64,000 bases of DNA. It comes from an uncultured Acidimicrobiia bacterium (GTDB taxonomy: Bacteria; Acidobacteriota; Terriglobia; Versatilivoradales; Versatilivoraceae). A program made the position numbers and the translations under genes. Under the pieces are notes generated by a model. That model was not told the DNA's origin. It did not search any database and saw only the letters and a list, made by a program, of their open reading frames with translations. Position 1 is the stretch's first letter, and the number at the start of each line of letters is the position of its first letter. This document shows positions 22,314-32,533 of the stretch, piece by piece. Location: NCBI GenBank assembly GCA_963786955.1, contig CAWBAT010000008.1:416001-480000 (forward strand). The letters run 5' to 3'.

Positions 22314-22424
22314 TATTTGTTATTTGCGATTTTCGATCTGCTATTGATTGTTTCTACTTCGTGGGCTGGACTTTGGTTTGTAGTCAATAAGAAATGAGAA
22401 ATAGCCAATCAGCAATGACAAATA
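22314..22424. repeat. Inverted pair of 7-bp degenerate tandem arrays (TATTTGY-like; 6 units, 27-nt loop, 6 units)
   Basis: TATTTGT TATTTGC GATTTTC GATCTGC TATTGAT TGTTTCT ... GTCAATA AGAAATG AGAAATA GCCAATC AGCAATG ACAAATA. Confidence 0.8.
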
Positions 22425-22531
22425 CCTTCCTCTTAATATTTCGTCCCTCAGTTGTTTAACCTGCCCGACAACAGAATGTCGCTGGCTGCCTTTGACCCTC
22501 CGGTTTCCTGGTGCTATAGTCATGCCCGTCT

Positions 22532-23431
22532 ATGCACAATGGAAATGCCTCCATCATCCTCCATTCGATTTACAAATCCTTCGGGTCCTTAGCCGCTGTC
22601 CACGACGTTTCTTTTTCGGTTGAACCGGGGGAAATCTTCGGGCTGCTGGGTCCAAACGGAGCAGGGAAGACAACCCTTCTTCGCCTCATGATGGATATTA
22701 TCCGTCCTGACGAAGGCTTTATCGAGATCTTCGGAGGGAAACTCGGAGAAGATGACAAGAACCGAATAGGATACCTTCCCGAGGAAAGGGGTTTGTATAC
22801 CCGGCAAAAAGTTCTGGGGGTTCTCAAGTACCTCGTCCAATTGAAGGGGTTGACGGAACGTCAGGCCAAAGCCAACGTCTTGCATTGGTTGGCGCGGATG
22901 GAAATGAGTGATGTGCGGGATCGTAAAATCCAGGAACTTTCCAAAGGCAATCAACAGAAAATTCAATTCATCGCGACGGTAGCTTCTGATCCCGCTGTTC
23001 TGGTCCTGGACGAACCCTTCTCAGGGCTTGATCCTGTCAATGCCAGGGTGATGCTGGAAACCATTCGAGAACTCGCGGTAGCCGGCAAGACCATCGTCCT
23101 TTCCACCCACCAGATGGGTCTCGTTGAATCTCTGTGCCGGAGAATCTTCATGATCCATTCTGGTCGCCAGGTACTCTATGGCAACCTGGAGGAAGTGCAG
23201 CAGCGTCATTCCGACAACTCCTTTTTAGTCCGGTCGGACGCAGACTACAGCCGTTGTTCGTGTATCTTGAAAGCTTCGCCGGATGGTCGTGGGACACGAA
23301 TTATTTTAAACTCAGGGGCTACCGGAAGGGACCTTCTTTCCTGGTTGGTGGAGTCAGGGGCTCAGGTGGACACCTTTGAAAAGGCCGTTACTCCGCTGGA
23401 AGATATTTTTGTGAGGCTAGCAAAAAAATAA
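22532..23431 (+). CDS. ABC transporter ATP-binding protein (NatA-like)
   Basis: GPNGAGKTT, LSKGNQQK and LDEPFSGLD motifs. Confidence 0.92.
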   Translation: MHNGNASIILHSIYKSFGSLAAVHDVSFSVEPGEIFGLLGPNGAGKTTLLRLMMDIIRPDEGFIEIFGGKLGEDDKNRIGYLPEERGLYTRQKVLGVLKYLVQLKGLTERQAKANVLHWLARMEMSDVRDRKIQELSKGNQQKIQFIATVASDPAVLVLDEPFSGLDPVNARVMLETIRELAVAGKTIVLSTHQMGLVESLCRRIFMIHSGRQVLYGNLEEVQQRHSDNSFLVRSDADYSRCSCILKASPDGRGTRIILNSGATGRDLLSWLVESGAQVDTFEKAVTPLEDIFVRLAKK

Positions 23432-23539
23432 TAGGGTCGCTCGCTCGGGTGGAGTGATAGGGGCAAGCCTTTGAGATCGATTTCCGGTTGAGACGATTCC
23501 TATCCGGCAACTCCGAGAATCCTCTTCCTCAAGGTTTCG

Positions 23540-24817
23540 ATGAGTAAAACCTGGATTATTGCCAAACACGAGTTCATTGTGACTGTCAGCCGCAAAGGTT
23601 ACCTTTTGGTGCTGTTCGGTATGCCTTTGCTCTTTGGCGGAATTATTGGCGTGAGCCTGGTGAGTCAGGAATCGTTGGAGAACGCCGTCTCCAATTCCGC
23701 CCCTACAGGAGTGATCGATCAGTCGGGTCTCATCGATTTCAGCCTCGGGAGTGGCTTAGATACAGAGGCGGCCAAGAATGCTCCAGACCCCAATCTGCTG
23801 GCAAAGCCACTTCGGGGGAAAAATTCCAGAATCATCTCCTATGCCGAACCAGATGAAGCATTGCGTGATCTCAAGAATGGACGCCTATCAGTCGTTTATC
23901 TGATGGAAAAGGACTATCTCGAGACAGGAAAGATTGCTTGTTATGTAGCGGAAAAAGGGATTTTCTCAGACCTGACCCCCATAGATCGCGGGCGCCTCTA
24001 CACCCTCATCCGAGCCAGCTTAATCAAGAACCAAATGGACTCTCAGATTGCCAGGAGAGTCCTAGCCCCGGGAATGATTCGGCAAGTGAAGGTGTCCAAG
24101 AATGGGCTTGAAAAAGCTTCCAATGAGTCATTCAAGGAAATGGCTGAATTCTTTGGACCCTTCAGCATGTTTCTTCTCTTAACCATGTCTATTTTTTTCT
24201 CCTCCGGATACCTGTTACAAGGTATCGCGGAAGAGAAGCAGAATCGTGTGATCGAGGTAATCTTATCTTCCGTTCGCCCCACCGAGTTGCTGGTTGGCAA
24301 GATTATGGGTCTGGGTGCGGCAGGCCTACTGCAGGTCTTTTTCTATGTGGGCTTGTTGTTTCTTCCAGCCATTACAGTCTTTGCCCTCTTTCACGTGAGC
24401 GTGACCAACCTACTTCTCTCGGTGGTTTACTTTCTTTTGGGTTACCTGCTATTTGCCGGTCTAATGGCTGGGACAGGTATCCTGGGAAATTCTCCGCAAG
24501 AAAGTGCTCAGCTCTCTGCCATCTGGACATTGGCCAGCGTGATTCCGATGTTCCTGCTCGCACCAATCAGTGAATCTCCGAATTCATGGCTGGCACGAGG
24601 ACTGTCTTTTTTCCCCCTTACGGCTCCTGTCACCATGCTGTTACGTGTCAGTGCCGCTGAGGTGCCCACGTTGGATATTGTCATTTCGATCGGGGTCTTA
24701 ATCCTCGGAATTGCTGCAGCCATCCGGGGATCGGCAAAGATTTTCCGGGCGGCAGCACTCATGTACGGAAAACGTCCGTCGCTCGGAGAAATCATACGGT
24801 GGCTCAGAGAAGCCTGA
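23540..24817 (+). CDS. ABC-2 type permease (NatB-like)
   Basis: EEKQNRVIEVILSSV motif and multiple TM helices. Confidence 0.9.
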   Translation: MSKTWIIAKHEFIVTVSRKGYLLVLFGMPLLFGGIIGVSLVSQESLENAVSNSAPTGVIDQSGLIDFSLGSGLDTEAAKNAPDPNLLAKPLRGKNSRIISYAEPDEALRDLKNGRLSVVYLMEKDYLETGKIACYVAEKGIFSDLTPIDRGRLYTLIRASLIKNQMDSQIARRVLAPGMIRQVKVSKNGLEKASNESFKEMAEFFGPFSMFLLLTMSIFFSSGYLLQGIAEEKQNRVIEVILSSVRPTELLVGKIMGLGAAGLLQVFFYVGLLFLPAITVFALFHVSVTNLLLSVVYFLLGYLLFAGLMAGTGILGNSPQESAQLSAIWTLASVIPMFLLAPISESPNSWLARGLSFFPLTAPVTMLLRVSAAEVPTLDIVISIGVLILGIAAAIRGSAKIFRAAALMYGKRPSLGEIIRWLREA

Positions 24818-24833
24818 TGGGAACGCAGGGATT

Positions 24834-24929
24834 TACTGGCTATTGGTTATTTCCTATTTGCGATTTGTTATCGAGAGAAAGGCGGTGTCCAATAGCAAAT
24901 AAGAAATAAACGATAGCCAATATCAAATT
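24834..24929. repeat. Inverted pair of 7-bp arrays, same family as 22314..22424 (6 units, 12-nt loop, 6 units)
   Basis: TACTGGC TATTGGT TATTTCC TATTTGC GATTTGT TATCGAG ... TCCAATA GCAAATA AGAAATA AACGATA GCCAATA TCAAATT; shares TATTTGCGATTT with the first copy. Confidence 0.8.
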
Positions 24930-24964
24930 GCTTTCGACGCAAGATCCCAATCGGAGGGGGTTAG

Positions 24965-25682
24965 ATGAATTCTGCGGAAAGAGTATTTCGAGGATTCTCG
25001 ATGGAGGCGCTGGATTTCCTTCGCAGGCTGAAGCGAAACAATCGCCGGCCGTGGTTTCAAAAAAATAAACCAATCTATGACGAAAAAGTCAGGCAACCCA
25101 TGGTTGAACTGGTCCAGGCCCTGAACCATGAGTTGCTAGGCATTGCCCCGGAAATGGTGACCGAACCGCGGAGAGCCATTTATCGAATTTATCGTGACGT
25201 TCGGTTCAGTCCCGATAAGTCTCCTTACAAAACACACATTGCTGCCTTATTCACCCCGCGAAACCTTCCCAAGCATGCTGGCGGCGGGTTTTACATCCAT
25301 CTCTCTCCGGATGAACTTTTAGTGGCGGGGGGAGTCTACATGCCGGGCCCCAAAGAACTCTGGGAAATTCGGAACCACATTGCGCAGAATGCCGCGACTT
25401 TAAGGAGGATTGTAGCCGAACGCCGGTTTAAAGAATATTTTGGCTCTCTGGAAGGCGACCAGTTAACCAGGGTTCCAAAAGGATTTCCCTGCGACTCATC
25501 CAGCCGCGGATCTTCTCCGACATAAACAATTCTTAGTGAGCGTCACCCATTCACCAGAACAGGGTTTGGATCCAGGACTGTTAGGGTTCTTAATCCGATA
25601 TTTCCGGGCGATGACCCCCTTGATCCGATTTTTAAATAAACCCCTGATGGGTGCTCTGAAGCGAGATCCGTTCGAGTTTTGA
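24965..25682 (+). CDS. DUF2461 / TIGR02453 family protein, frameshift near 25490
   Basis: NNRRPWFQ and RIYRDVRFSPDKSPYK motifs; C-terminus HPAADLLRHKQF... continues in a shifted frame to TGA 25680-25682. Confidence 0.82.
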
Positions 25683-25726
25683 AAAGCAATTTTTTTGAGG
25701 TGAAAGTTTTGCCCGCGAAGCAAGTC

Positions 25727-25836
25727 AGCCCCGTCGGGGCGACCTATCTATAGATTGGCATCCGCATCTACCGACGAAAAATCTCCCTCTCCCCAACGCG
25801 GGAGAGGGATGTCCGTTAGGACCGGGTGAGGGGGAC
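25727..25836. repeat. REP-like palindromes: AGCCCCGTCGGGGCGAC and CCCTCTCCC...GGGAGAGGG...GGGTGAGGGG
   Basis: Short palindromes between convergent genes; the second type recurs at 30441 and 37652. Confidence 0.65.
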
Positions 25837-25961
25837 CTCCCCCGTTGTTTTGTTTCAAATTCTAAACGCTTCCTTGTATAGAGAGAGGAATTGGAAAAAA
25901 TACCGAGGAATTGCTCAGACTAGTACATTCCCCGCAGCCCACGCCGGCTATCCGCTTCCAA

Positions 25962-27266
25962 TCAGGACGTCAAGGCGTGTTCAAACCAGGAGTTGGAGAG
26001 GATGATCGTGTCATCACGATCGGGACCCGTGGAAACGAAAGAGAATTCCGTTTCAGTGATTTCAGAAAGGATTTTCAGATAGTCTTTTGCTTTTTCAGGA
26101 AGAGCCTCGAAGTCGCGAATTCCGGCGGTCTGACACTGCCAACCTGGAACAGTTTTGTATACGGGCCTGATGGATTCCAATCGCTTAATGTCCGCCGGGA
26201 ATTCCTTCAGCTTCGAACCTTTGTACTCGTAATCAGTGCACACTGGAATCTCGTTAAACTCGTCCAATACATCGAGCTTGGTGAGGGCAATGGCCTGCAG
26301 ATTATTAATCACGGCTGAATAGTGTGTGGCAGGTCCGTCAAACCAGCCACAACGCCGCGGGCGGCCAGTAGAGGCTCCAAACTCGCCGCCGCGCTGCCGA
26401 ATTGTTTCTCCCAATGGACCCTCAATCTCCGTCGGGAAGGGGCCTCCGCCTACGCGAGTCGTATACGCTTTGGCGATACCCATCGCGGCGTGAATCAAGG
26501 AAGGAGCTACCCCCGTTCCAACACAGGCCCCGCCTGCACAGGCGCTGGAAGAAGTCACATAAGGATAGGTGCCATGGTCGACATCCAGCAGCGTCCCTTG
26601 AGCCCCTTCGAAGAGGATGCTGCGGCCGGCACGAATTTGGCTATTTAGGTAAAATGCTACGTCAACCACAAATTCCTGTAACTGGGATCCATATTCCAGG
26701 TATTGCTCGTAAATCTCCTGGGGATCGAGGGCCTGGCCACCATAGAGCTTTTGGATGAGACAGTTTTTTTCGCGCGCCACCGAGAAGATGATCTCTTTGA
26801 GGGCCTCGGGATTAAACAAGTCGGTGACTCGAACGCCACGACGTCCGGCCTTGTCTTCGTAGGCAGGGCCAATTCCTCGCGAAGTGGTCCCAATTTTCTT
26901 CTCGCCGCGTGCCGTTTCTGCGGCCTGTTCGATTGCCATATGATAAGGAAGGATCAGATGGGCTCGGTCGCTGATGAACAGGTTGCCGCGGACTTGCACC
27001 CCGGCTTCCTCGAGGGTCCGGATCTCCTCCAGCAGGGCTTTAGGATAAAGGACCATCCCTGCTCCCATGACGCAGGTTTTTTTCCGATGCAATATTCCCG
27101 ATGGAATAAGATGAAGAACATACTTCTTTCCCTGAGTGATTACCGTGTGGCCGGCATTGTGGCCGCCCTGAAACCGGGCCACGATGTCAAAGCGCTCAGT
27201 CAATAAATCGACAATCTTCCCTTTTCCTTCATCGCCCCATTGGGCGCCAAGTACCACCAGATTCAT
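25962..27266 (-). CDS. purA: Adenylosuccinate synthetase
   Basis: GAQWGDEGKGK, GGHNAGHT and TGRPRRCGW motifs. Confidence 0.97.
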   Translation of the reverse strand: MNLVVLGAQWGDEGKGKIVDLLTERFDIVARFQGGHNAGHTVITQGKKYVLHLIPSGILHRKKTCVMGAGMVLYPKALLEEIRTLEEAGVQVRGNLFISDRAHLILPYHMAIEQAAETARGEKKIGTTSRGIGPAYEDKAGRRGVRVTDLFNPEALKEIIFSVAREKNCLIQKLYGGQALDPQEIYEQYLEYGSQLQEFVVDVAFYLNSQIRAGRSILFEGAQGTLLDVDHGTYPYVTSSSACAGGACVGTGVAPSLIHAAMGIAKAYTTRVGGGPFPTEIEGPLGETIRQRGGEFGASTGRPRRCGWFDGPATHYSAVINNLQAIALTKLDVLDEFNEIPVCTDYEYKGSKLKEFPADIKRLESIRPVYKTVPGWQCQTAGIRDFEALPEKAKDYLKILSEITETEFSFVSTGPDRDDTIILSNSWFEHALTS

Positions 27267-27346
27267 GAGAAGTCCATTCGATTGAGGATGAAAACGACCA
27301 CTGAAATAAATGAGAAAATCATTCAGACGGGGTCCGCAGCGACAAA

Positions 27347-27673
27347 TTACAAATGTTTATCGATGACTTTGGCGATATTCTCGCGTGTATTAGTGCCCAC
27401 AATCTGATCTTTTACTGCCCCGTCCCTAAAGAGGAGCAGAGTGGGGATTCCTTTTATGTTGTAGCGCGACGGGACGGCAATATTTTGATCGACGTTGATC
27501 TTGACGACCTTTGCGCGTCCAAGATAATCCTTGGCCACAGCTTCCAGCGTGGGGGCTATCGCCTTGCAGGGGCCGCACCATTCGGCCCAGAAGTCGACGA
27601 GCACGGGAATTCTTGATTTGAGGACCTCTACTTCAAAACTCACGTCTGTGACGTCACCAATATTAATAGACAT
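27347..27673 (-). CDS. trxA: Thioredoxin
   Basis: WCGPC active site; 108 aa. Confidence 0.95.
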   Translation of the reverse strand: MSINIGDVTDVSFEVEVLKSRIPVLVDFWAEWCGPCKAIAPTLEAVAKDYLGRAKVVKINVDQNIAVPSRYNIKGIPTLLLFRDGAVKDQIVGTNTRENIAKVIDKHL

Positions 27674-27795
27674 GGATATACTCCTGGGAGGGTAAAATCA
27701 ATGAATGGGGATGAATATTGCCTAGAATTATGTTTCCAATCCCATCGATATTGCTTCTCCGCTAACGCTTAGTTGTAAAAATTCACGGTAATTGC

Positions 27796-27852
27796 TGTAG
27801 CCGGGGTCGTTGACCCCGGCTTGTGATACCGGGACCAGCGGTCCCGGCTACA
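27796..27852. repeat. GTAG-type REP doublet (REPIN-like)
   Basis: TGTAGCCGGGGTCGTTGACCCCGGC ... CCGGGACCAGCGGTCCCGGCTACA: two hairpins with GTAG/CTAC at the outer ends. Confidence 0.75.
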
Positions 27853-27874
27853 ACAAGACTACTGCAATTTCGTA

Positions 27875-29308
27875 CTAGCGCGGCAAGAGCGATTTGTACA
27901 GTTCCACATACTTACGGGCCGACTGATGCCAAGAGTAGTCTTTGCTCATGCCATTCTTCATCAATTGGAGCCATCTTTGCGGCGTCGAATAAACCGCGAA
28001 GGCCCGCCGCACCGTGCGCAACAATTCCGCGGGGGTCGTACTGGAAAACTTAAATCCGGTCGGCTCGGGCGACTGATCAAAATCGCCGATGGTGTCGTCG
28101 AGTCCACCCGTGGCTCTGACCAATGGCACTGTCCCGTACCGTAGGGAATAGATCTGATTCAATCCGCATGGCTCATAACGGGAAGGCATCAGGAACGTGT
28201 CTGCCCCTGCTTCGATCTTATGAGCAAGCGCCTCATCATACATGATCTTGACCCCGACGTAATCAGGATATCTCTCCTGCAACTTCAGAAAATAATTGGC
28301 ATACTTTTCTTCACCCGTTCCAATGGCAACCAATGACCATCCATCCTCGATAATGCTCTCTCCCACGTTGAGAAGCAGGTCAAAACCTTTTTGATAGGCC
28401 AGCCTGGAAACGATTCCGATGACCGGGCGACGAATGGACTCGGGGATCCCGAATACGCTCAGTAGGTCCTTTTTGCAGATTTCTTTGCCGGCCAGGTTTT
28501 CTATCGAATAATTGGCAGCCAGATAGGGATCCGTTTCAGGATTCCATTGTGAATAGTCCACTCCGTTCAAGATGCCGGTAAGAGCCGATGCTCTCTTCCG
28601 CAGAACGCCTTCGAGACCATGCCCAAAATGGGGGGTCAAAATCTCTTCGCTATAACGACGGCTGACTGTCGAGAGTTTGTCGGCAAACAGGATGCCTCCT
28701 TTGAGGAGACAAATGTTGCCAAAAAACTCAAGTCCTTCAGGATTATACAGAGTTTGAGGTAGCGAAATTCTGCTCATGGCAGTCCGCGGGAAAACCCCTT
28801 GATACGCCATATTGTGAATTGTCAGTAAAGTTCTGGTCTTTTGGAAAAAAAGGTCATCTTCGTAAAGGGTCTTTAAATAAACAGGGACCAGGGCCGTTTG
28901 CCAATCATTACAATGGATCACGTCAGGTGCCAGGGAAGCGCGTTTCGCAAACTCTAATGAAGCCAGTGACAAGAAGGCAAAACGTTCGGCGTTGTCCGGA
29001 TAATCCTGATGATTGGTGAGGTAGAGATCTTCTCGATTATAGTATTCACCGTAATCGACAAAAAAATAGCGCACCCCTTCGATAGGATCCGATTCCTGGA
29101 TGGAACAAAACCGATGCACTCCTCCAAGGGAAACAGTAAGGCTAGGTACTAAAATCTTCTTGGTCTGAATGCCGCGGTAACGAGGCATGATCACGGCGGT
29201 TTCATGGCCCAACTGCCGGACGTATTTTGGAAGTGCTCCCATGACGTCAGCCAGTCCTCCGGTTTTAGCAAACGGGACTGCCTCTGACGCGATATACAGA
29301 ATTCTCAA
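27875..29308 (-). CDS. glgA: Glycogen synthase
   Basis: KTGGLADV, HCNDWQT and PSRYEPCGLNQ motifs. Confidence 0.95.
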   Translation of the reverse strand: MRILYIASEAVPFAKTGGLADVMGALPKYVRQLGHETAVIMPRYRGIQTKKILVPSLTVSLGGVHRFCSIQESDPIEGVRYFFVDYGEYYNREDLYLTNHQDYPDNAERFAFLSLASLEFAKRASLAPDVIHCNDWQTALVPVYLKTLYEDDLFFQKTRTLLTIHNMAYQGVFPRTAMSRISLPQTLYNPEGLEFFGNICLLKGGILFADKLSTVSRRYSEEILTPHFGHGLEGVLRKRASALTGILNGVDYSQWNPETDPYLAANYSIENLAGKEICKKDLLSVFGIPESIRRPVIGIVSRLAYQKGFDLLLNVGESIIEDGWSLVAIGTGEEKYANYFLKLQERYPDYVGVKIMYDEALAHKIEAGADTFLMPSRYEPCGLNQIYSLRYGTVPLVRATGGLDDTIGDFDQSPEPTGFKFSSTTPAELLRTVRRAFAVYSTPQRWLQLMKNGMSKDYSWHQSARKYVELYKSLLPR

Positions 29309-29403
29309 GTTGCTTGCCTCATACGACTCAGATCTAACAAAGCCAGCCGGTTAAGTTAACGAAATTGATTTAGGGATGCAACAAAAAGAGAGATACTTTA
29401 CAA

Positions 29404-30213
29404 GTGATTGCAAAAAAAAAGCTTGGCCAGAACTTTCTCCGCGACCGGGAAATCATTCGAAAGATTGTCGCAAGTCTGAAACTGACCCAAGAGGACGTGC
29501 TCTTAGAAATCGGGTGCGGCAGAGGCGCGCTCACCCAACATCTGGTTGGAGCCACGCGCCATTTTATCGGAATCGAACTGGATTCTAAACTTTGCTCAGA
29601 ATTAGATGCCAGGTATCGCAGTCCTTCGGCTCAATTTCTGAACCAGGATATTCTAACTGTTCATCTCCCAGCCCTCCTCCCGACCTTATCCATCGAGCGA
29701 GCGCCTATCAAGGTTGTCGGTAACATCCCCTACTACATTTCATCCTTCCTGGTTCAATGGCTCACCACGCAAGTCGAGTCTTTGGATTCGGCTACGATCA
29801 TGTTCCAAAAGGAGGTGGCGGAACGGCTTTCGGCCGAACCGCGGACAAAAGAATACGGCCTTTTGACACTTCTCGGTCAGTATTATTTTCAGGTGTCTCC
29901 GTTGTTCTTGGTGGGGCGAAAAGCATTTTGGCCCGAACCAAAGGTAGACTCCCAAGTCATCCGATTTGATCCATTGTCAAAAAGAATTCTAACAAAAGAA
30001 AAGGAGGCGGTCTTTTTCTCTTTTCTCAAGAGCTGTTTTTCTCAGCGGCGGAAGATTTTGGTCAATTGCTTGAAATCTTCTCCGTTTTCTGCCAGTGCAC
30101 TGGAGGTCGCAATGAAGAACTTGGGATTCATGCGGGAAACCAGAGCGGAAGAGCTATCCCTCAAAGAATTATGCAGCCTCTTTCTAGAATTAGAATGCAA
30201 AAATCCTAATTAG
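29404..30213 (+). CDS. rsmA: 16S rRNA adenine dimethyltransferase
   Basis: KKLGQNFL, EIGCGRG, GNIPYYIS and FQKEVAER motifs. Confidence 0.94.
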   Translation: MIAKKKLGQNFLRDREIIRKIVASLKLTQEDVLLEIGCGRGALTQHLVGATRHFIGIELDSKLCSELDARYRSPSAQFLNQDILTVHLPALLPTLSIERAPIKVVGNIPYYISSFLVQWLTTQVESLDSATIMFQKEVAERLSAEPRTKEYGLLTLLGQYYFQVSPLFLVGRKAFWPEPKVDSQVIRFDPLSKRILTKEKEAVFFSFLKSCFSQRRKILVNCLKSSPFSASALEVAMKNLGFMRETRAEELSLKELCSLFLELECKNPN

Positions 30214-30257
30214 ACATTCGGTTTCATACTGTTACCCCATAGGGGTTGCCGTGAGAG

Positions 30258-30620
30258 TTGTAGCCCGGATTTCTCACGACCGGGGGAAAACAGACACAGT
30301 AGAGTAGCGAAACTATTTGAATTCAAATCTCCTTGGCAACGGGGGGAACGCTGCGGCGAGCGCTCCCTACAAACAGTTCGACAATTTCTTTTCACCTTCC
30401 CTCTCCCTTGGAAAGAGGAACCCAATCATGAATTATCGGCTCCCCTCGCCCCAATGCGGGAGAGGGGAGGTGTGAAAAGATTCCGCCGGGTCGGGTGACC
30501 CGGCCTACAACATAATGGTAAGCCCTTTGAAATCATTGTAGGCTTCAGGCTTTCTCAAAGCCTGAACCTCACGCGGCGTTTTCCAATTCTTTCACATCTT
30601 CAGGGGACCGGGGGTGCGGA
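30258..30620. repeat. Composite REP cluster: GTAG...CTAC unit, CCCTCTCCC hairpins and a nested MITE-like element
   Basis: TTGTAG at 30258 to CTACAA at 30372; CCCTCTCCCTTGGAAAGAGG at 30399; interrupted CCCCTCGCCCC...GGGAGAGGGG at 30441. Confidence 0.7.
30466..30601. mobile_element. 136-bp MITE-like insertion with imperfect TIRs and an AGG(GG) duplication
   Basis: Ends GGAGGTGTGAAAAGA and TTCTTTCACATCTTC. AGG flanks both sides. Removing it restores GGGAGAGGGGACCGGGGGTG. Confidence 0.6.
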
Positions 30621-30854
30621 AAAATAGGGCGCTGGTGGTGAAAAATCCCGACTAGTGTTATGCACTCCGGCTTGATAGTGAAGTGCGAAAGATAGCCAAA
30701 GCCATCCTGAGGAACGATCGCGGCTGCTTTCCGGATGTTTCGGTGCCTTTCGAACGGCCATGAAGTCCGTCCGATTCGGCCATAGACATTCCTTCAAATG
30801 GCCGAATGTGTTAGACTTCGGGGGATTTGAAATTGAAAAGGCAAAGGTCTGCAA

Positions 30855-32528
30855 TTGAAACCATCTGAATTTATTGAAGCGACTCCCCTGGGCGGATTAG
30901 GCGAGTTCGGGATGAACATGATGGTCCTTCGCTACGGGGACCACATGATTGTCATCGATGCCGGACTCATGTTCCCCGATGAGGAACTGCTGGGCATAGA
31001 TATTATTGTCCCGGATATCAGTTATCTGATTGAGAATGCGACTCACGTCAAAGCCATCTTCTTAACTCACGGGCATGAGGATCACATCGGGGCGTTGCCC
31101 TTTATTCTTCCGGCTCTGATCCACGTCCCGGTTTACGGAACACGTTTTACGCTCGAGCTGGTCAAAGCCAAACTGGCCGAGCATGGTCTGGAAAAAGACG
31201 CCAAGTTAGTAACAGTCCGCCCCCGCCAGGTAGAGGTCGTGGGTCCCTTCAGCGTGGAATTTATTCACGTGACCCATAGCATCGTCGATGCCGTCATGCT
31301 GGCGATTACCACCCCCATTGGGGTGATTCTTCACAGTGGGGATTATAAGATCGACTCGTCTCCCCTGGACGGCCAGGTGATGGACTTGCCGACCATCTCT
31401 GAATACGGCAGAAGAGGCGTTCTGGCTCTCTTTTCAGACAGCACAAACAGCAACCGTGCGGGTTATACCCCGTCCGAAACGACCGTCATTGAGCGTCTCG
31501 ATGAGATCTTTCATCACGCCGAAGGTAAGGTGATTGTCTCGTGTTTTTCTTCCTCGGTTCATCGAATTCAGATTGTCTTAAACTTGGCCCAGAAGTATCA
31601 CCGGAAAGTCGTGTTGGCGGGCAGGAGCCTGAACACGGTGGCCCGGGTCGCCGATGAATTGGGTTTTCTAAAGATCCCTGACGGAATCCTGCTGAAGCCA
31701 CAGGATGCCAAGAAATTGCCTTCCAATCGGATCGCCGTCCTTGCCACCGGGACTCAGGGAGAGCCGATGGCAGCGCTGCCCCGCCTCTGCGTAGATAGCT
31801 TTAAAGGGATTAAAATTGAGGCAGGGGATTCCGTCATCATTTCGGCAAGAATCATTCCAGGGAACGAAAAAGCGATCATGCGGATGATCAACCACATCTG
31901 CAAAAGTCAAGCCCATGCCTATTACGATGATGGATCACTCCCGCCGGTGCACGTTTCCGGTCACGGAAGCGCCGAAGAGCTCAAACTGATCCTGAATCTT
32001 GTCCGGCCGCAATACTTCATCCCCATTCATGGCGAGTATCGTCAACTCTTCCGCCACGCCGAAATCGCGCAATCGATCAATGCCGTGAGCAAGAAAGTGA
32101 TCATCGCTGAAACGGGCGACCGGATCCAAATCAGCTCGCATGGAGCCCGACTCGCCGGGAAAGTTCCTGTTGGAAGAATCTTTATCGACGAAGGCAGTTT
32201 GGATGAAGTGGAAGATGTGGTCGTGCGGGACCGCCGCCACCTGGCTGAAGATGGCATCGTTCTGCCGATTTTGGCGATTCATCGATCGACTGGAAAGCTT
32301 GAAGGCCAGCCTGAAATCATCACCCGAGGTTTCGTCGTGATGGATGATGCCGATCCGTTATTAGAAGAGTCTCGCCAACGCGTGTTAAAAACTTTGGAAG
32401 AATCCACTTTTGAAGAGCGAACCGATTGGGCCGTGATCAAAGAGAAGATCCGGACCGACCTGCGGCGTTTCCTTTTCAAACAAACCTCCAAACGCCCCTT
32501 GGTTCTCCCGGTAATATTGGAGATTTAG
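30855..32528 (+). CDS. rnj: Ribonuclease J
   Basis: PLGGLGEFGMN, THGHEDHIG, HVSGH and PIHGEYR motifs. Confidence 0.95.
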   Translation: MKPSEFIEATPLGGLGEFGMNMMVLRYGDHMIVIDAGLMFPDEELLGIDIIVPDISYLIENATHVKAIFLTHGHEDHIGALPFILPALIHVPVYGTRFTLELVKAKLAEHGLEKDAKLVTVRPRQVEVVGPFSVEFIHVTHSIVDAVMLAITTPIGVILHSGDYKIDSSPLDGQVMDLPTISEYGRRGVLALFSDSTNSNRAGYTPSETTVIERLDEIFHHAEGKVIVSCFSSSVHRIQIVLNLAQKYHRKVVLAGRSLNTVARVADELGFLKIPDGILLKPQDAKKLPSNRIAVLATGTQGEPMAALPRLCVDSFKGIKIEAGDSVIISARIIPGNEKAIMRMINHICKSQAHAYYDDGSLPPVHVSGHGSAEELKLILNLVRPQYFIPIHGEYRQLFRHAEIAQSINAVSKKVIIAETGDRIQISSHGARLAGKVPVGRIFIDEGSLDEVEDVVVRDRRHLAEDGIVLPILAIHRSTGKLEGQPEIITRGFVVMDDADPLLEESRQRVLKTLEESTFEERTDWAVIKEKIRTDLRRFLFKQTSKRPLVLPVILEI

Positions 32529-32533
32529 CGTGT

